Source: Squalus acanthias
Taxonomy: Eukaryota
Reading direction: 5' to 3'
Assembly: GCA_030390025.1 (NCBI GenBank)
Contig: CM059453.1
Location: 7,068,001 to 7,132,000 of the forward strand
DNA: 64,000 nucleotides
Under the pieces are notes generated by a model. It saw nothing but the letters and a program-made list of their open reading frames with translations, was not told the DNA's origin and did not search any database. Shown one piece after another: positions 12,170 through 23,024 of this stretch; position 1 is the first letter of the stretch, and each line of letters starts with the position of its first letter. Position numbers and translations under genes: made by a program.

Positions 12170-13852
12170 ACTGCAGGTAAGGACCATCGGAGTTAAAAGA
12201 CACTGGGAGCGAGAACCCTGTCGTGTCCTAAGGAAGGAAGCCAGTGTAAGGCTCGTAGGAGGAATAAGGACTCGCTCGTTAACCAGTGGGGCTATAAAAC
12301 CGGGTATGGGCCTGTGCCATATAAGTTGAAAGAGACTGTGAACGTAACCAGTGGGGCTAAGACCGTATGGGCCTGTGAGTATTAAATTACCCACAAAGTA
12401 AAATTATTCCTCATGGAGACCATGGACTGACGGAATTTATTAGACATAAATGTATATATTTCTGATTTTAGAGTATAAGCTGATACCTTTGTGCCGATAC
12501 GTTTGTGCCGATAAAGTATAAGATAGAGTATAAGAATATACGTGAACTAGAAGAAACCAAAGAGGCGTTACAATCTTGTGAGACAGAGCAGGAAAAAGAT
12601 CTAATTTGCAGGCTAACCAATCTGAAAACTCAGCAAAGAAAAAAAAACAGGGATTTGGAAAGCCAGGAAAAGCTGCTGAGACACCAATGTAAAAAAAAAA
12701 GAAATTTAAAGTTTTACCGACTTGGAAGTTATTAATGTCTGTGCAGATACAAATAAAACACAAGATTTGTTGAGTGAAAGGAATCTTAAAAGGAATGCTG
12801 AGATCTCAGTTTGTGTGAAAGCGTGTGTTAAAAGTGAGAAAGTTTTCTGACTTTGAATTTTTAAGGAGTTACCGTATTCCTTTTGTCTGTAAGTCTGTCT
12901 TTAAAAGGTGTCAGTCATTTTTGTTTTAGCTCCACCGACTCTTTTGTACTGAGAGCTTGACTTGTCTTGAATTATGGACAAGTGTGCTGTTTTAAGTTTG
13001 TTAATTGTTTTACAAAAATAAGCTTCATCCTTGACGTTAATGTGCCGGGAATAAAATGAATAGAACGTTTACAAAGCATGTGTGAATGTTTCTTTGTTAG
13101 TGTGGTTTCTTCCTTTGTTTTAAAAGTGATAATGCTCAGTTTTAAATTTTGGTTGGAATTCAATTGGAGTTATTGAGGTTAATTAACCTATTAAAACCAC
13201 CTTTTATTGTGGCCACGGTGAAATTCTGGTTGCTGTAAATTTGTGTGGAAGCTACTAGTTCTGGACATGTGGCAAAAACACATCAACAATTTTTGTTTTT
13301 GAAATAAAAAGAGGATTGTGTGGAGCGGTTTCACCGAATGTTTCGGATATCTCATTTTAAAGCTACAAGACTTTGCAAGCTGTGAAGTTGTGTGACCAAA
13401 CCTGACATTGTTTGATGTCTGTGTTTGTCTTCTTTTGAAATGCAAAAGAAGGAAGTTAACTCTTTTCACAGGCAGCTGTGATCTCATTTTTTAACTGCAC
13501 GAGCAGATGTGGGATTTGTAAACATTTTGGGCATTGTTAAAATTTTAAGTTTTAAATTTGAGAGGATTGAAAATTTAACCCATTTGGCTCTTAAAACTTT
13601 TGTCTTGTCTTGGATTTTGGAAGTTTTAGGAATGTGCGAATAAGATTGTGCACCCAGGATTGAAAAAAAACTTTGAACTACAATTTAAGTTGAGCTGGTG
13701 TGTAAAAACTGAGAAGAGCAACAAAAAGTTTGTTTAACAAAAGATGATGTTTCAGTCTAACATTTAACCTTGGAGTCGTGGTTGCTATGGTGAAATTTTC
13801 CAAACCAGTGTGATTTGAATTGTATAAATGTGAAAAACTATTTTTTCTACAG

Positions 13853-15471
13853 TCTCTTCGGGGTTAGTGCAGAAAGGGTGATCCTCCATCGGAGTGTCCC
13901 ACTTCCCCTACAACTGTCGCAAGGAGGTCATACCTGGTGGGTCACCCTGTGGGTAGGTCCCAGCAGTGAGGGCCTGCTCTTAGGTATGGATATTCTTCAT
14001 CAGATAGAGGCAAATTTGCTCCTAAGGGATCATCTATTGGACATAGCAGGGAGGTTTCCCTTCCAGAAATTTAAAGCCCGAAAATGCAGAGCACAAGCCC
14101 TCAGCAAGGTTAAGCACGCATGGGCGGAGGAAGGACCATGGGAAAGAGTTTGCAAGGCTTAGCCTCTGGCATAAGCCACCCACAAATTAGACTGTGGCAT
14201 AGCAGAGATGCATCCACGGTCTCTACCATGAGGCCCACCGACAATACCCCCTCCGATCAGAAGCTCAACGGGCCTTTGAGTCTATTGTAGAGGACTTATT
14301 AGAAACCAATATAGTGACAAAGGCCCATTCCCGTACCAACTCCCCAGTGTGGCCAGTGCAGAAACCAGATGGATCCTGGAGAAATGACCATTGATTATAC
14401 GGCTCTGAACCGGGTCACTCCCAAGCTCCATGCTTTAGTGGCGAAACCTGCCACTATTTTAAACGGACTACACCCAGCCCTGTCCATATTGATAGCACTG
14501 GACATCCAGAACAGAGTCTGGACATGTCCGTTGGATCCCGGGTCCCAAGAGCGTTTCGCTTTCACTGTCCGGTCCACCCAGTATACTTGGACCCGGTTGC
14601 CTCAGGGATTTCACAATGCCCCTTCTATTTTTCACGTGATCATGGAAAAGGCTCTCCAGCCGGCATTAGCAGATACCCGAATGCAAGAGTCTGCCTGTCT
14701 TCAATATGTAGATGACATCCTCATTGGTAGTCCCTCGCCCTCAGCTTATCTGGACGCCCTGACGTGTGTCGTGGAGACTTTAGTTCTAGGGGCGGGGTGC
14801 CTTACCAGATAGATTCCGATCAGGGAACCCACTTCACCGGCAAGGTCATGAAACAGGCTTTAGCCATCCTGGGGGTTCGACAATGGTTCCACATCCCTTA
14901 CCATCCGCAATCCTCAGGAATGTTGGAACGGATGAACCATACTTTAAAACAGTCTGTGACTAAAGCCATTTTACGGACCGGAAAGGGGTGGCATGCAGTC
15001 CTCCCCGCCATTCTTTGGGGCATACGAGCCACGCCAGCCAGAGGCACCGGCTTAACACCGTTCGAACTGATGACTGGACGAGCTATGGTGTTACCCCAAG
15101 ACGCACCCCCTCAGGGTACAGGGGACACTTCCCAATTTCAGACACCTCTCCTGACATATCTACGCCTGATCAGTGAGGCTAATCGGGTACAACACTTACA
15201 GGAGGCACATGATGCCAAAAGACAAAGCGGAATCTGGGAAGCGCCCCATCGGGTGGGACAGTGGGTGATGGTTCAGCGACCGGTTCGAGGTACCTTTGAG
15301 CCACGGTGGGATGGGCCCTTCCAGTTCCTCCTAAGTACTGGAACTTCCGTTTGCTTACAGGAAAAAAAAATGGATGCAAGATGGAAACACTGGAGTCAGA
15401 CCAAGCCGGTAATGGAGCCCGGGGAAGAGGTTTCCCCATCCCTCGGGGACCCTATGATTAGCAGAAAGTAA
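13853..15471 (+). pseudogene. pol: Internally deleted retroviral pol (protease C-terminus, RT fingers/palm, integrase core and C-terminus), class III/spuma-related
   Basis: LLLGMDIL; NSPVWPVQKPDGSWR/MTIDY with a +1 frameshift near 14382; QYTWTRLPQGFHNAPSIF; LQYVDDIL. At about 14780 it jumps directly to IN core VPYQIDSDQGTHF...PYHPQSSGMLERMN...PRWDGPF. The RT thumb, RNase H and IN N-terminus are missing. Confidence 0.92.
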
Positions 15472-16050
15472 TAACGAGTATTAACCTGTTTTTCTCCCCT
15501 ATGTCTTGGAAAGATATCTGAAGAAAGGACAATAGGAAATATGACGTCAGTTACTGTTTTCACTATCATGTGCTATTTTGTTTCTGTTTTATCTGTTATG
15601 TTCGTGTTGAGTTAACGTATGGATATCTATTTCTTTCAGGAAAGTTTTTTTTTAGATTTACGTGAAGTGACGCAATTACGTGCGCCTGACAAAGTTTTGC
15701 TCCGCCTTCTTAAAACCTGCAAAGGAGTTAACCCTTTCCACTGACAGGTGTTTAAGTTCACCGAGCAACAACTTTAGTATGAAATTTAAAGATATTGGAC
15801 ATTATTAAGTTTACATTTCTTAATCTTAAGTTAATATTTCCAAACAGTGAGAGAAGGAAAATTATGATTTGATAAATTAACCCCTTGGGCTCTCAGCAGA
15901 GCCACAATGTATCATCTTATTTCTTTCATTTTATGGAAGTTATCTTATAAACTAATTGCAGCACTTCTGTCCCTATATTTGATCAGGACCGGATTTCGAA
16001 GGACTGAGTCGAATCTTCGGGGCTCTATTTTACCTGTCTCTTTCTTACAG

Positions 16051-16649
16051 ATGAGCGGGCCCGACCTCAGTACTGCCACCCCTTCCGGGGACTTCGACCT
16101 TTCGGCGGTCCAGTCTCTCGACTTAACCAGAGACCCTGCGAGCTCACACTACTATACGACTCTAACATTCCACGGAACTCACCCCTTGACTCTAGAGTTC
16201 CGATTATCTCCCTTTTGTGGTAGGGCTACCAGACCCTCGTTCTACATCCCAACGGAACTCAGAATCTTTTATTTACCCTACCCCGCACAGAAGAGATAGA
16301 CCAGTTCCGAGACACAGCTGCTCTTTTGGAACCGCTGGTGTCGGGACTGGAGGACCTTCCCGAGGAGATATCCACCCCCTTTTATAGGCCCTCCTAACTC
16401 CACAGGAGGACATTGCAACCTGTCTTCACACATTCCCGTCTGGCAGCCCCTAACCCTCACCAAATTACGTTAAATCAGGTAAGTTACATTGCGCCACTGT
16501 CACAAGGCCACCACGTTCGCTCCACTTATGAAGTAGCCCTAACCCCGCTCCGAGCCTTGCGCACGCGGCTAATAGTAGGGCAGACCGAAAGGGGGCAGGA
16601 GACAGACAGAGGGAGAGCGAGAGTGAGCCTGCTAGTTGCCACAAGCTAG
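16051..16649 (+). pseudogene. Disrupted GC-rich ORF of unknown function behind a strong splice acceptor (candidate retroviral accessory gene)
   Basis: ttttacctgtctctttcttacag|ATG at 16051. MSGPDLSTATPSGDF...PYPAQKR* continues past the stop and, via a frameshift, into ORF 16413-16649. GC content resembles the pol segment rather than the AT-rich flanks. Confidence 0.45.
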
Positions 16650-16689
16650 TGCTGAGACTGCTAAACGGACTGGACTCTTTATGCCTGGC

Positions 16690-17285
16690 AGTGATAAAGG
16701 ATATGGGAACAGGGTGGGCACATGGGATTAAGACTAGTTCTCGTGTGGATGATAAACACCAACATGAACTGATTGGGCTGAACGGTCTATTTCTATTTTG
16801 TACTCTCTGTGTAATTCTATGTAAAGAAGCCATCCAATTGTTGAGAGTGAAGCATCTGTATGCTCTGCAGAACTTTGGGATCAGGCTTGCCTTGGATCAG
16901 TGGATTAAAACATTTGTGAATAAATTTATGAGGGGCCTCGATAGAGTGGATAGGAAGGACCTATTTCGCTTAGCAGATAGGTCAATAACCAGGGGCATAG
17001 ATTTGAAATAATTGGTAGAAGGATAAGAGGGGAGTTGAGAAGTGTTTTCACCCAGAGGGTGGTGGGGGGTGTCTGGAGCTCACTGCCTGAAAGGGTGGTA
17101 CAGACAGACACACTCATTGCATTTAAAAGGTACTTGGGTATGCACTTGAAGTGCGGTAACCTGCAAGGCTACGGACTAGGAGTTGGAAAGTGGGATTAAG
17201 CTGGATAGCTCTTTTTCGACCGGTACAGCCACAATGGGCCGAATGGCCTCCTTCTGTGCAGTAAATTTCTATGTTTCTAAGTTTT
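16690..17285 (+). mobile_element. Two CR1 3'-end fragments (about 16690-16825 and 16925-17285)
   Basis: MRGLDRVDRKDLF-type ORF2 end, and tails ggccgaatggcctccttctgtgc...ttctatgtttcta. Confidence 0.85.
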
Positions 17286-17600
17286 GTTACACGAAGCTGC
17301 ATCATTCTTTCTTCCTTTTCTTTAGGGACTGAGGGTCAATCACTGATGCACTCTGTCATACCCGAAGTGGCCCATATTTCCAGCAGTTTTCATCGCCAAC
17401 ATTTGAGGAATGGCGAAAGCTGTGTGAGCTACTACGGTTCCCAATGATTGGTGGGTGGCGAACTGCTGACCTCCTAATACTCTGATACGATTCGCTACGA
17501 ACTCCAGCCTATTACCGGCGAATGGAATGCAGAAATGTGACGGCTTTTTCCGTGATAAAATCAATTTCTGTCATTTTGACACTGTCAACCGCCTCCAGTG

Positions 17601-17643
17601 ATGAGGAGTATTAGATTTATCTCCATTCTGATATTTAGCGAAG
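17601..17643 (+). CDS. Copy 1 leader exon (signal peptide [14 protein letters not shown]-)
   Basis: cgcctccag|tgATG...GAA G|gtaaaa. Phase 1, completing the signal peptide with VVHS in the V exon. Confidence 0.85.
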
Positions 17644-18038
17644 GTAAAATATTCATTTTTAATAATTAATATCAGAAGCGATTTCCATTTTTTGGCGAAT
17701 TAAACAATTATTTGTTTGTAGAGATAGTACATGTTTAGTTGGTAATTTACAAATTCCCGATTTGCACATTTAATGTATATTTCATTCGAAACGTTATCTT
17801 GTATTTTATAAGATTGATTTAACATTTACTCTATGATTTATCGACTTTCAATGGAATAACTAATGGAATCTGAAGTGTTTTAAACAAACTTTCTCGAGTT
17901 TTAATGGATGTACTAATGAATATGTTAGTGCGTGTTTAAAGGTTAAATTAATGGTATTTAACTTGACGGTCAGGGTATGTTTTGATTGCGATATTATTGC
18001 GGATTTCAACGGGTGTTTCATTTCTGTTTTTTCACCAA

Positions 18039-18419
18039 TTGTCCATAGTTCACGATGGTCTGTGAAGGTGCCGTGGAATGCGTCGGCGGTGAACGGGTCA
18101 TGTGCAGAGATCCCGTGTACATTTGATTATCCGGCCAATGGCCGCAGTCCACGGGGTATGTGGTTAAAGGGGGTTACTGATCATGGAACCTCAGGGTTCT
18201 TGATTATCTGTGATTCCCAGAATTCAGACAAAGTGCCCTTGAACTATAGAGGGCGAGCTCAGTTCACCGGCGAATTTGAACAGAAACAATGTTCCTTAAG
18301 GTTAAAGGACATCAGGAAGATCGATGAAGGTGTTTATTATTTCAAACTGAAGATCATCACCGCCCAGAATACTACAGAAGAATATTCTACCGAACCTCCG
18401 GTCACTCTTTCTATTTTAT
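18039..18419 (+). CDS. Copy 1 V-set Ig exon (Siglec-type), acceptor mutated
   Basis: WSVKVP...[13 protein letters not shown]...W...YRGRAQF...CSLRL...DEGVYYFK. It has the B-E intrasheet Cys pair, no F-strand Cys, an extra inter-domain Cys, length 381 nt and donor gtaagt. Confidence 0.9.
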
Positions 18420-18684
18420 GTAAGTTTTTTGATTTGTTCCTTTTGTAGTTTATATTCCATCTCCCCAGTGCCATTTAATTTTAGCCTAAAATGGACAGTA
18501 ATCGTGTTACTCTTGGCCCATGTCACAGGCTGCAGCGGCAGGACTCTTCCATTGTGTAATACACAGTTGTGTGTTATGTTTTGACTTGAACAGAAATAGG
18601 GCGCTGCCCTTCTTAGTAACTTACAAAATCTCCTTCTGTTGTTCAGTCAGTAAGGGCAACGCTGGATGACATTGCCATCGCCGT

Positions 18685-19375
18685 GTCCCCCAACCATCAA
18701 CATCCTGGGGGTCACCATTGACCAGAAACATAATTGGGCCAGCCATATAAATACTGTGGCGACAAGAGCAGGTCAGAGGTTAGGTATTCTGCGGCGAGTG
18801 TCTCAACTCCAGACTCCCCAAATCATTTCTACCATCAACAAGGCACAAGTAAGGAGTGTGATGGAATATTCTCCAATTGCCTGGATGTGTTCAGCTCCAA
18901 CAATACTAAAGAAGCTCGACACCATCCAACACAAAGCAACCCGCTGTCTTGGTACCCCATGCACCAACTTAAACATTCACTCCCTGCACCACCGGCGCAC
19001 CGTGTCTGCAGTGTGCTCCATCTACAAGATGCACTGTAGCAACTCGCGAAGGCTTCTTCGGCAGCACCTGCGAAACCCGCGACCTCTTCCACCTCGAAGG
19101 ACAAGGGCAGCAGGCGCATGGTATCACCACGACCTCCACGTACCCCTCCAAGTCACACACCATCCTGACTTGGAAATATATACACCGAACTTTCATCGTC
19201 GCTTGGTCAAAATCCTGGAACTCCCCCCCAAACAGCACTGTGCGAGTACCTTCAGCACACGGACTGCAGCGGTTCAAGAAGGTGGCTCACCACCACCTTC
19301 TCAAGGGCAATTAGGGATGGGCAATAAATGCTGGCCTTGTCAGCGACGCTGACATTCCATGAATTAGTAAAAGTA
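18685..19375 (+). mobile_element. Non-CR1 LINE (L2/Crack-like) 3' fragment in the V-Ig2 intron
   Basis: INILGVTIDQK.NW.SHI...KAQVRSVMEYSP.AW RT C-terminus and tail ...attccatgaat...aaaa. The same insertion is at 54730 in copy 3. Confidence 0.85.
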
Positions 19376-19618
19376 AAGACTAGTGTGTCAAAATCCAATC
19401 CCTCAAGAATTTGGAAAAATAAATCAAGATTTCTACTTCTAATGGACAGGTCAGATGACATGATCAATACTTTGGAGTGATTTCTTCAATCAGATCATTT
19501 ACAGGCCCCCATATCATAGGGTCATTTTGCAAAGTCTTTCGGCTGAATCAAATAGCACACCATTGGCAATTTTTAAATTAAAATCTACGGTAACGCGAAT
19601 GTCCTTCTCTCCTTTCAG

Positions 19619-19930
19619 ATAAACCATGGATATCAGTCTCTGGGGAATTCATTGCAGGAAAGCCAGCACACATGACCTGCTCAGTCACCCACAGTTGCCC
19701 GTCCGCCAACCTTGAATTGATGTGGACCCATGACAATGTTGTACCTCCATTTCTGCCAGAGATTAAAACTTCACAAGTACATGATAACGCTTTCGAGGGT
19801 TCCCAGATGGTTTCATCCACTTTCAGCTTCAGCGCATCACTGGAACATCATGGGAAGAAGCTGGGATGTAAATTTAAAGTCGACGGTGTCACAGCTACTG
19901 TTGAATAAACTCTTATACTGTATGTTAAAT
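19619..19930 (+). CDS. Copy 1 Ig2 (C2-set) exon with premature stop
   Basis: ttcag|AT AAA CCA...[11 protein letters not shown]...W...LGCKF. TAA at 19906 corresponds to GAA in copy 3. Donor gtaagt. Confidence 0.88.
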
Positions 19931-20214
19931 GTAAGTGCCTGCTCTAAGCTACAGTCTACCAACTTGTTGATGAACCGGTTCTATAGATGTCTGTATGCTA
20001 AATATAGTGATAGCTCGCCTGGATAATCGAAGCTTCTTTTAAGTCACATTATTTGACATTTGCCCCAGACCCATGGAGTAAATTGGTCACTCCAGGGCTG
20101 TGGGTTATATGAAATATAATTGCAAAGGCTTCCAATGCCTGATTTTTTGCAGCCACAGATTAACTGAAACATACAGGCCAAGGAGAGTCCATTCATGGTC
20201 TGAGCTAACTCATA

Positions 20215-20890
20215 TACATACATAGGACATACGGCATAGAAACAGGTCATTGGGCCCAACTAATCCATGCCGCCTTTAATGCTCCACTCAATCCTCCTCC
20301 CGTCTTTCCTCATCTAAATCTATCAGCCTAACCCGCTGTTCCTTTCTCCCTCATATGCTTGGCCAGCCTCCCCTTAAATGCATCTCTACTATTCGCTTCA
20401 AACACTCCCTGTGGTAGCGAGTTCCACATTCTCACCACTCTCTGGGTAAAGAAGTTTCTTCTGAATTCCCTATTGGATTTCTTGCTGACTATCTTATATT
20501 GATGGCTTCTAGTTATGCTCTTCCCCACAAGTGGAAACATTCTCTCTGTATCTGCTCTATGAAAGCCTTTCATAATTTTAAATACCTCTATTAGGTCACC
20601 CCTCAGCCGTCTTTTTTCAAGACAAAAGAGACTCAGCCTGTTCATCCTTTCCTAATATGTATACCCCCGCATTTCTGGTATCACCGTTGTAAATCTTCTC
20701 TGCTCCCTCCCCAGTGCCTCTGTATCTTTTTTATAATATGGCGACCAGAACTGCACGCAGTTCTCTAAGTCTGGTGTAACCGAGATACGATACAGATTTA
20801 GTATAACTTCCCTACTTTTCAATTCTATCCGTCTCGGAATAAACCCGAGTGCTTGGTTTGCTTTAGATATAAACTTGCTGACCTGTGGCG
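20215..20890 (-). mobile_element. CR1 3' fragment; orthologous insertion in all three gene copies
   Basis: Minus ORF 20328-20645 [16 protein letters not shown]. Same position at about 36005-37050 and 56265-58430. Confidence 0.9.
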
Positions 20891-21260
20891 CAATTCAGCT
20901 GGTGGGGGTAGTCAGCATTCTACAATTTCCCTCAGCAACCATGTGTAAGAGATGGGAAAGTCCACCCTACTTATTCTGGGAGAAATGGCCACTTGGTTCA
21001 TGTATCCGGGGAATAGAACCTTACTTGGGAAAACATACAACTCTTCAAATCCTTGAAGATAAGAGGGGAAAGAATGCTTATTTTTGAAAGAAGCTTAGGA
21101 TCTAGTGCCTAAAAGTCATGAACGGCATTTTGAATTTATAGTTTACAAGAAAACCACCATAGCTTACATTAATATTTTTCTTTAGTTGTCACATATATTG
21201 TTTATTTTCCTAATCCGCACTGATAACCACATTTAGAACCAATGGCATCATCCCTTCCAG

Positions 21261-21518
21261 ATGGCCCACAAAAACCAACCATCAATTCCTCTATAGCGGC
21301 AGTGGAAGGCAGCTCTTTATTATTATACTGCACGGCCCGGGGGACCATACCGGGCAACTTAACCTTGGTCCGAAATGGTGAAGAGATCAGCACGTCTTCC
21401 ACTGGGGAACTGAAGCAGATATTCCACAACGTTAGTTCTGGAGATAACGGTGAATATTGGTGCGTGGTTGATAATAACTTGGGCAAAGCGAACAGCTCCA
21501 CACTGATTTCTGTACAAT
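21261..21518 (+). CDS. Copy 1 Ig3 (C2/I-set) exon
   Basis: ccag|AT GGC CCA...EGSSLLLYC...DNGEYWC...NNLG...SVQ|gtaagt. Open, 258 nt. Confidence 0.9.
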
Positions 21519-21829
21519 GTAAGTGCTGTGTCAACCTATCAAATGTATATTGGGACATCAACCCGTCTTACATTGATTAGGAATCGATGTTTTTCCCCCA
21601 GTGTTCATACAACTGTCTCAATATCCATCAGTAATATTGCCTGAAATGTCAGTAAAAGATGGGTTCTTGAACCAAATCATTGAGTAAATGACACTTTTAT
21701 AAACAAACTGGAGACCCCAATACACAACTCCAGTTAGAATGTATCTCTGATTGGCTAAACCAACTGAATGAATATGTCAGATTTGCAACTACACATTTTC
21801 TGTACGGCGGACTGATCCCAGCGGCCCTG

Positions 21830-22870
21830 ATTCATAGAATGATCGAAATTTACAGCACAGAAGGAGGCCATTCGGCCCACCGTGTCCGTGCCGCCGACAA
21901 AGAGCTATCCAGCCTAATCCCACTTTCCAGCTCTTGGTCCGTAGCCTTGTAGGTTTCGGCACTTCAATTGCATATCCAGGAACTTTTTAAATGTGATGAG
22001 TGTCTCTGCGTCGAACATCCTTTCAGGCAGTGAGCTCTAGAATCCCACCACCCTCTAAGTGAAAAAAATCTCCTCAAATCCCCTCTCAACCTCCGACCGA
22101 TTACTTTAAATCTATGCCCCTGGTTATTGACCATTCTGCTAGGGGAAATAGGTCCTTCCTATCCACTCTATCTAAGCTCCTCATCATTTTATACACCTCA
22201 ATTAAGTCTCAACTCAGCCTCCTCTGTTCCAAAGAAAACAACCCCAGCCTATCCAATCTTTTCTCACAGCTAAAATTCCCCAGTCCAGGCAACATCCTCG
22301 TAAATGTCCTCTGCAAACCCTCAAGTGCAATCAGATCCTTCCTGTAAATGTGGTGACCAGAACTGCACGCAGTATTCTAGCTGCAGCCTAACTAATGTTT
22401 TATACAGTTCAAGCATAACCTCGCTGTTTTTATATTCTATGCCTCGGCTAATAAAGTAAAGTATCCCGTATGCCTTCTTAACCACCTAATCTACCTGTCC
22501 TGCTACCTTCAGGGATCTGTGGACATGCACTCCAAGGTCCGTCTGATCCTCTGCACTTCTCAGTGTCCTACCATTTATAGTGTATTCCTTTGCCTGTTAG
22601 CCCTCCCTAAATGCATTACCTCACACTTCTCCAGAATGAATTCCAATTACCACTGTTCTGCCCACCTGACCAGTCCATTCATAACATCTTGCAGTCCACA
22701 GCTTTCTTCTTCATTCTCATCCACACGGTCAATTTTTGTATCATCTGCAAACTTCTTAGTCATATTCCTACATACAAGTCCAAATCATTGATATATACCA
22801 CCAAAAGCAAAGGACCCAGTACTGAGCCTTGCGGATTCCCACTGGAAACAGCCTTCAAGCAACAAAAACA
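21830..22870 (-). mobile_element. CR1 fragment
   Basis: Reverse-complement CR1 RT/3' sequence (tcatctgcaaactt, ccagaactgcac, catagaat tail). Confidence 0.88.
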
Positions 22871-23024
22871 CTGAAGTGCAGGAACATTTTAGTCCAACAC
22901 AAAGGTAGATGAAGACAAAAACTGATCAGAAATTATTGAAATGTTTAGCAGAAATTACATGTTGGAGTATTTAGCCAGGTTTGTTTACAAGGTTGTAACT
23001 CGGAAATCCTCACAACATAACAGC

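Larger units (their letters stand above)
11234..16660 (+). mobile_element. ERV-like element 2 (5' LTR 11234-12149, PBS-Leu, gag-like remnant, pol fragments, accessory-like ORF); no 3' LTR seen
   Basis: It interrupts the duplicated unit exactly at cctcttatcttc|TGAAG. AATAAA at 12085, LTR end ...TAACA at 12149, PBS 12152-12169, splice donor CAG|GTAAGG at 12176, pol motifs at 13950-15471. Confidence 0.88.

Noticed and set aside
18039-18419. Possible rearranging Ig/TCR/IgNAR V segments (leader + V with VHS cleavage site)
   Set aside because: There is no F-strand YYC and no RSS heptamer/nonamer at the exon end. The exon includes its own G strand and ends in a splice donor, and the cysteine pattern is Siglec-like.
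17951-18448. ORF-track proteins with apparent N-terminal extensions (also 34143, 53997, 21242, 25774, 37396, 41946)
   Set aside because: The extensions are intron read-through; the real exons are delimited by AG/GT sites.
17601-19908. Secreted two-domain (V+Ig2) product from copy 1, ending at the TAA late in Ig2
   Set aside because: The V-exon acceptor is AA, and the next AG (18047-48) shifts the frame. It is viable only if the AA is a sequencing error.
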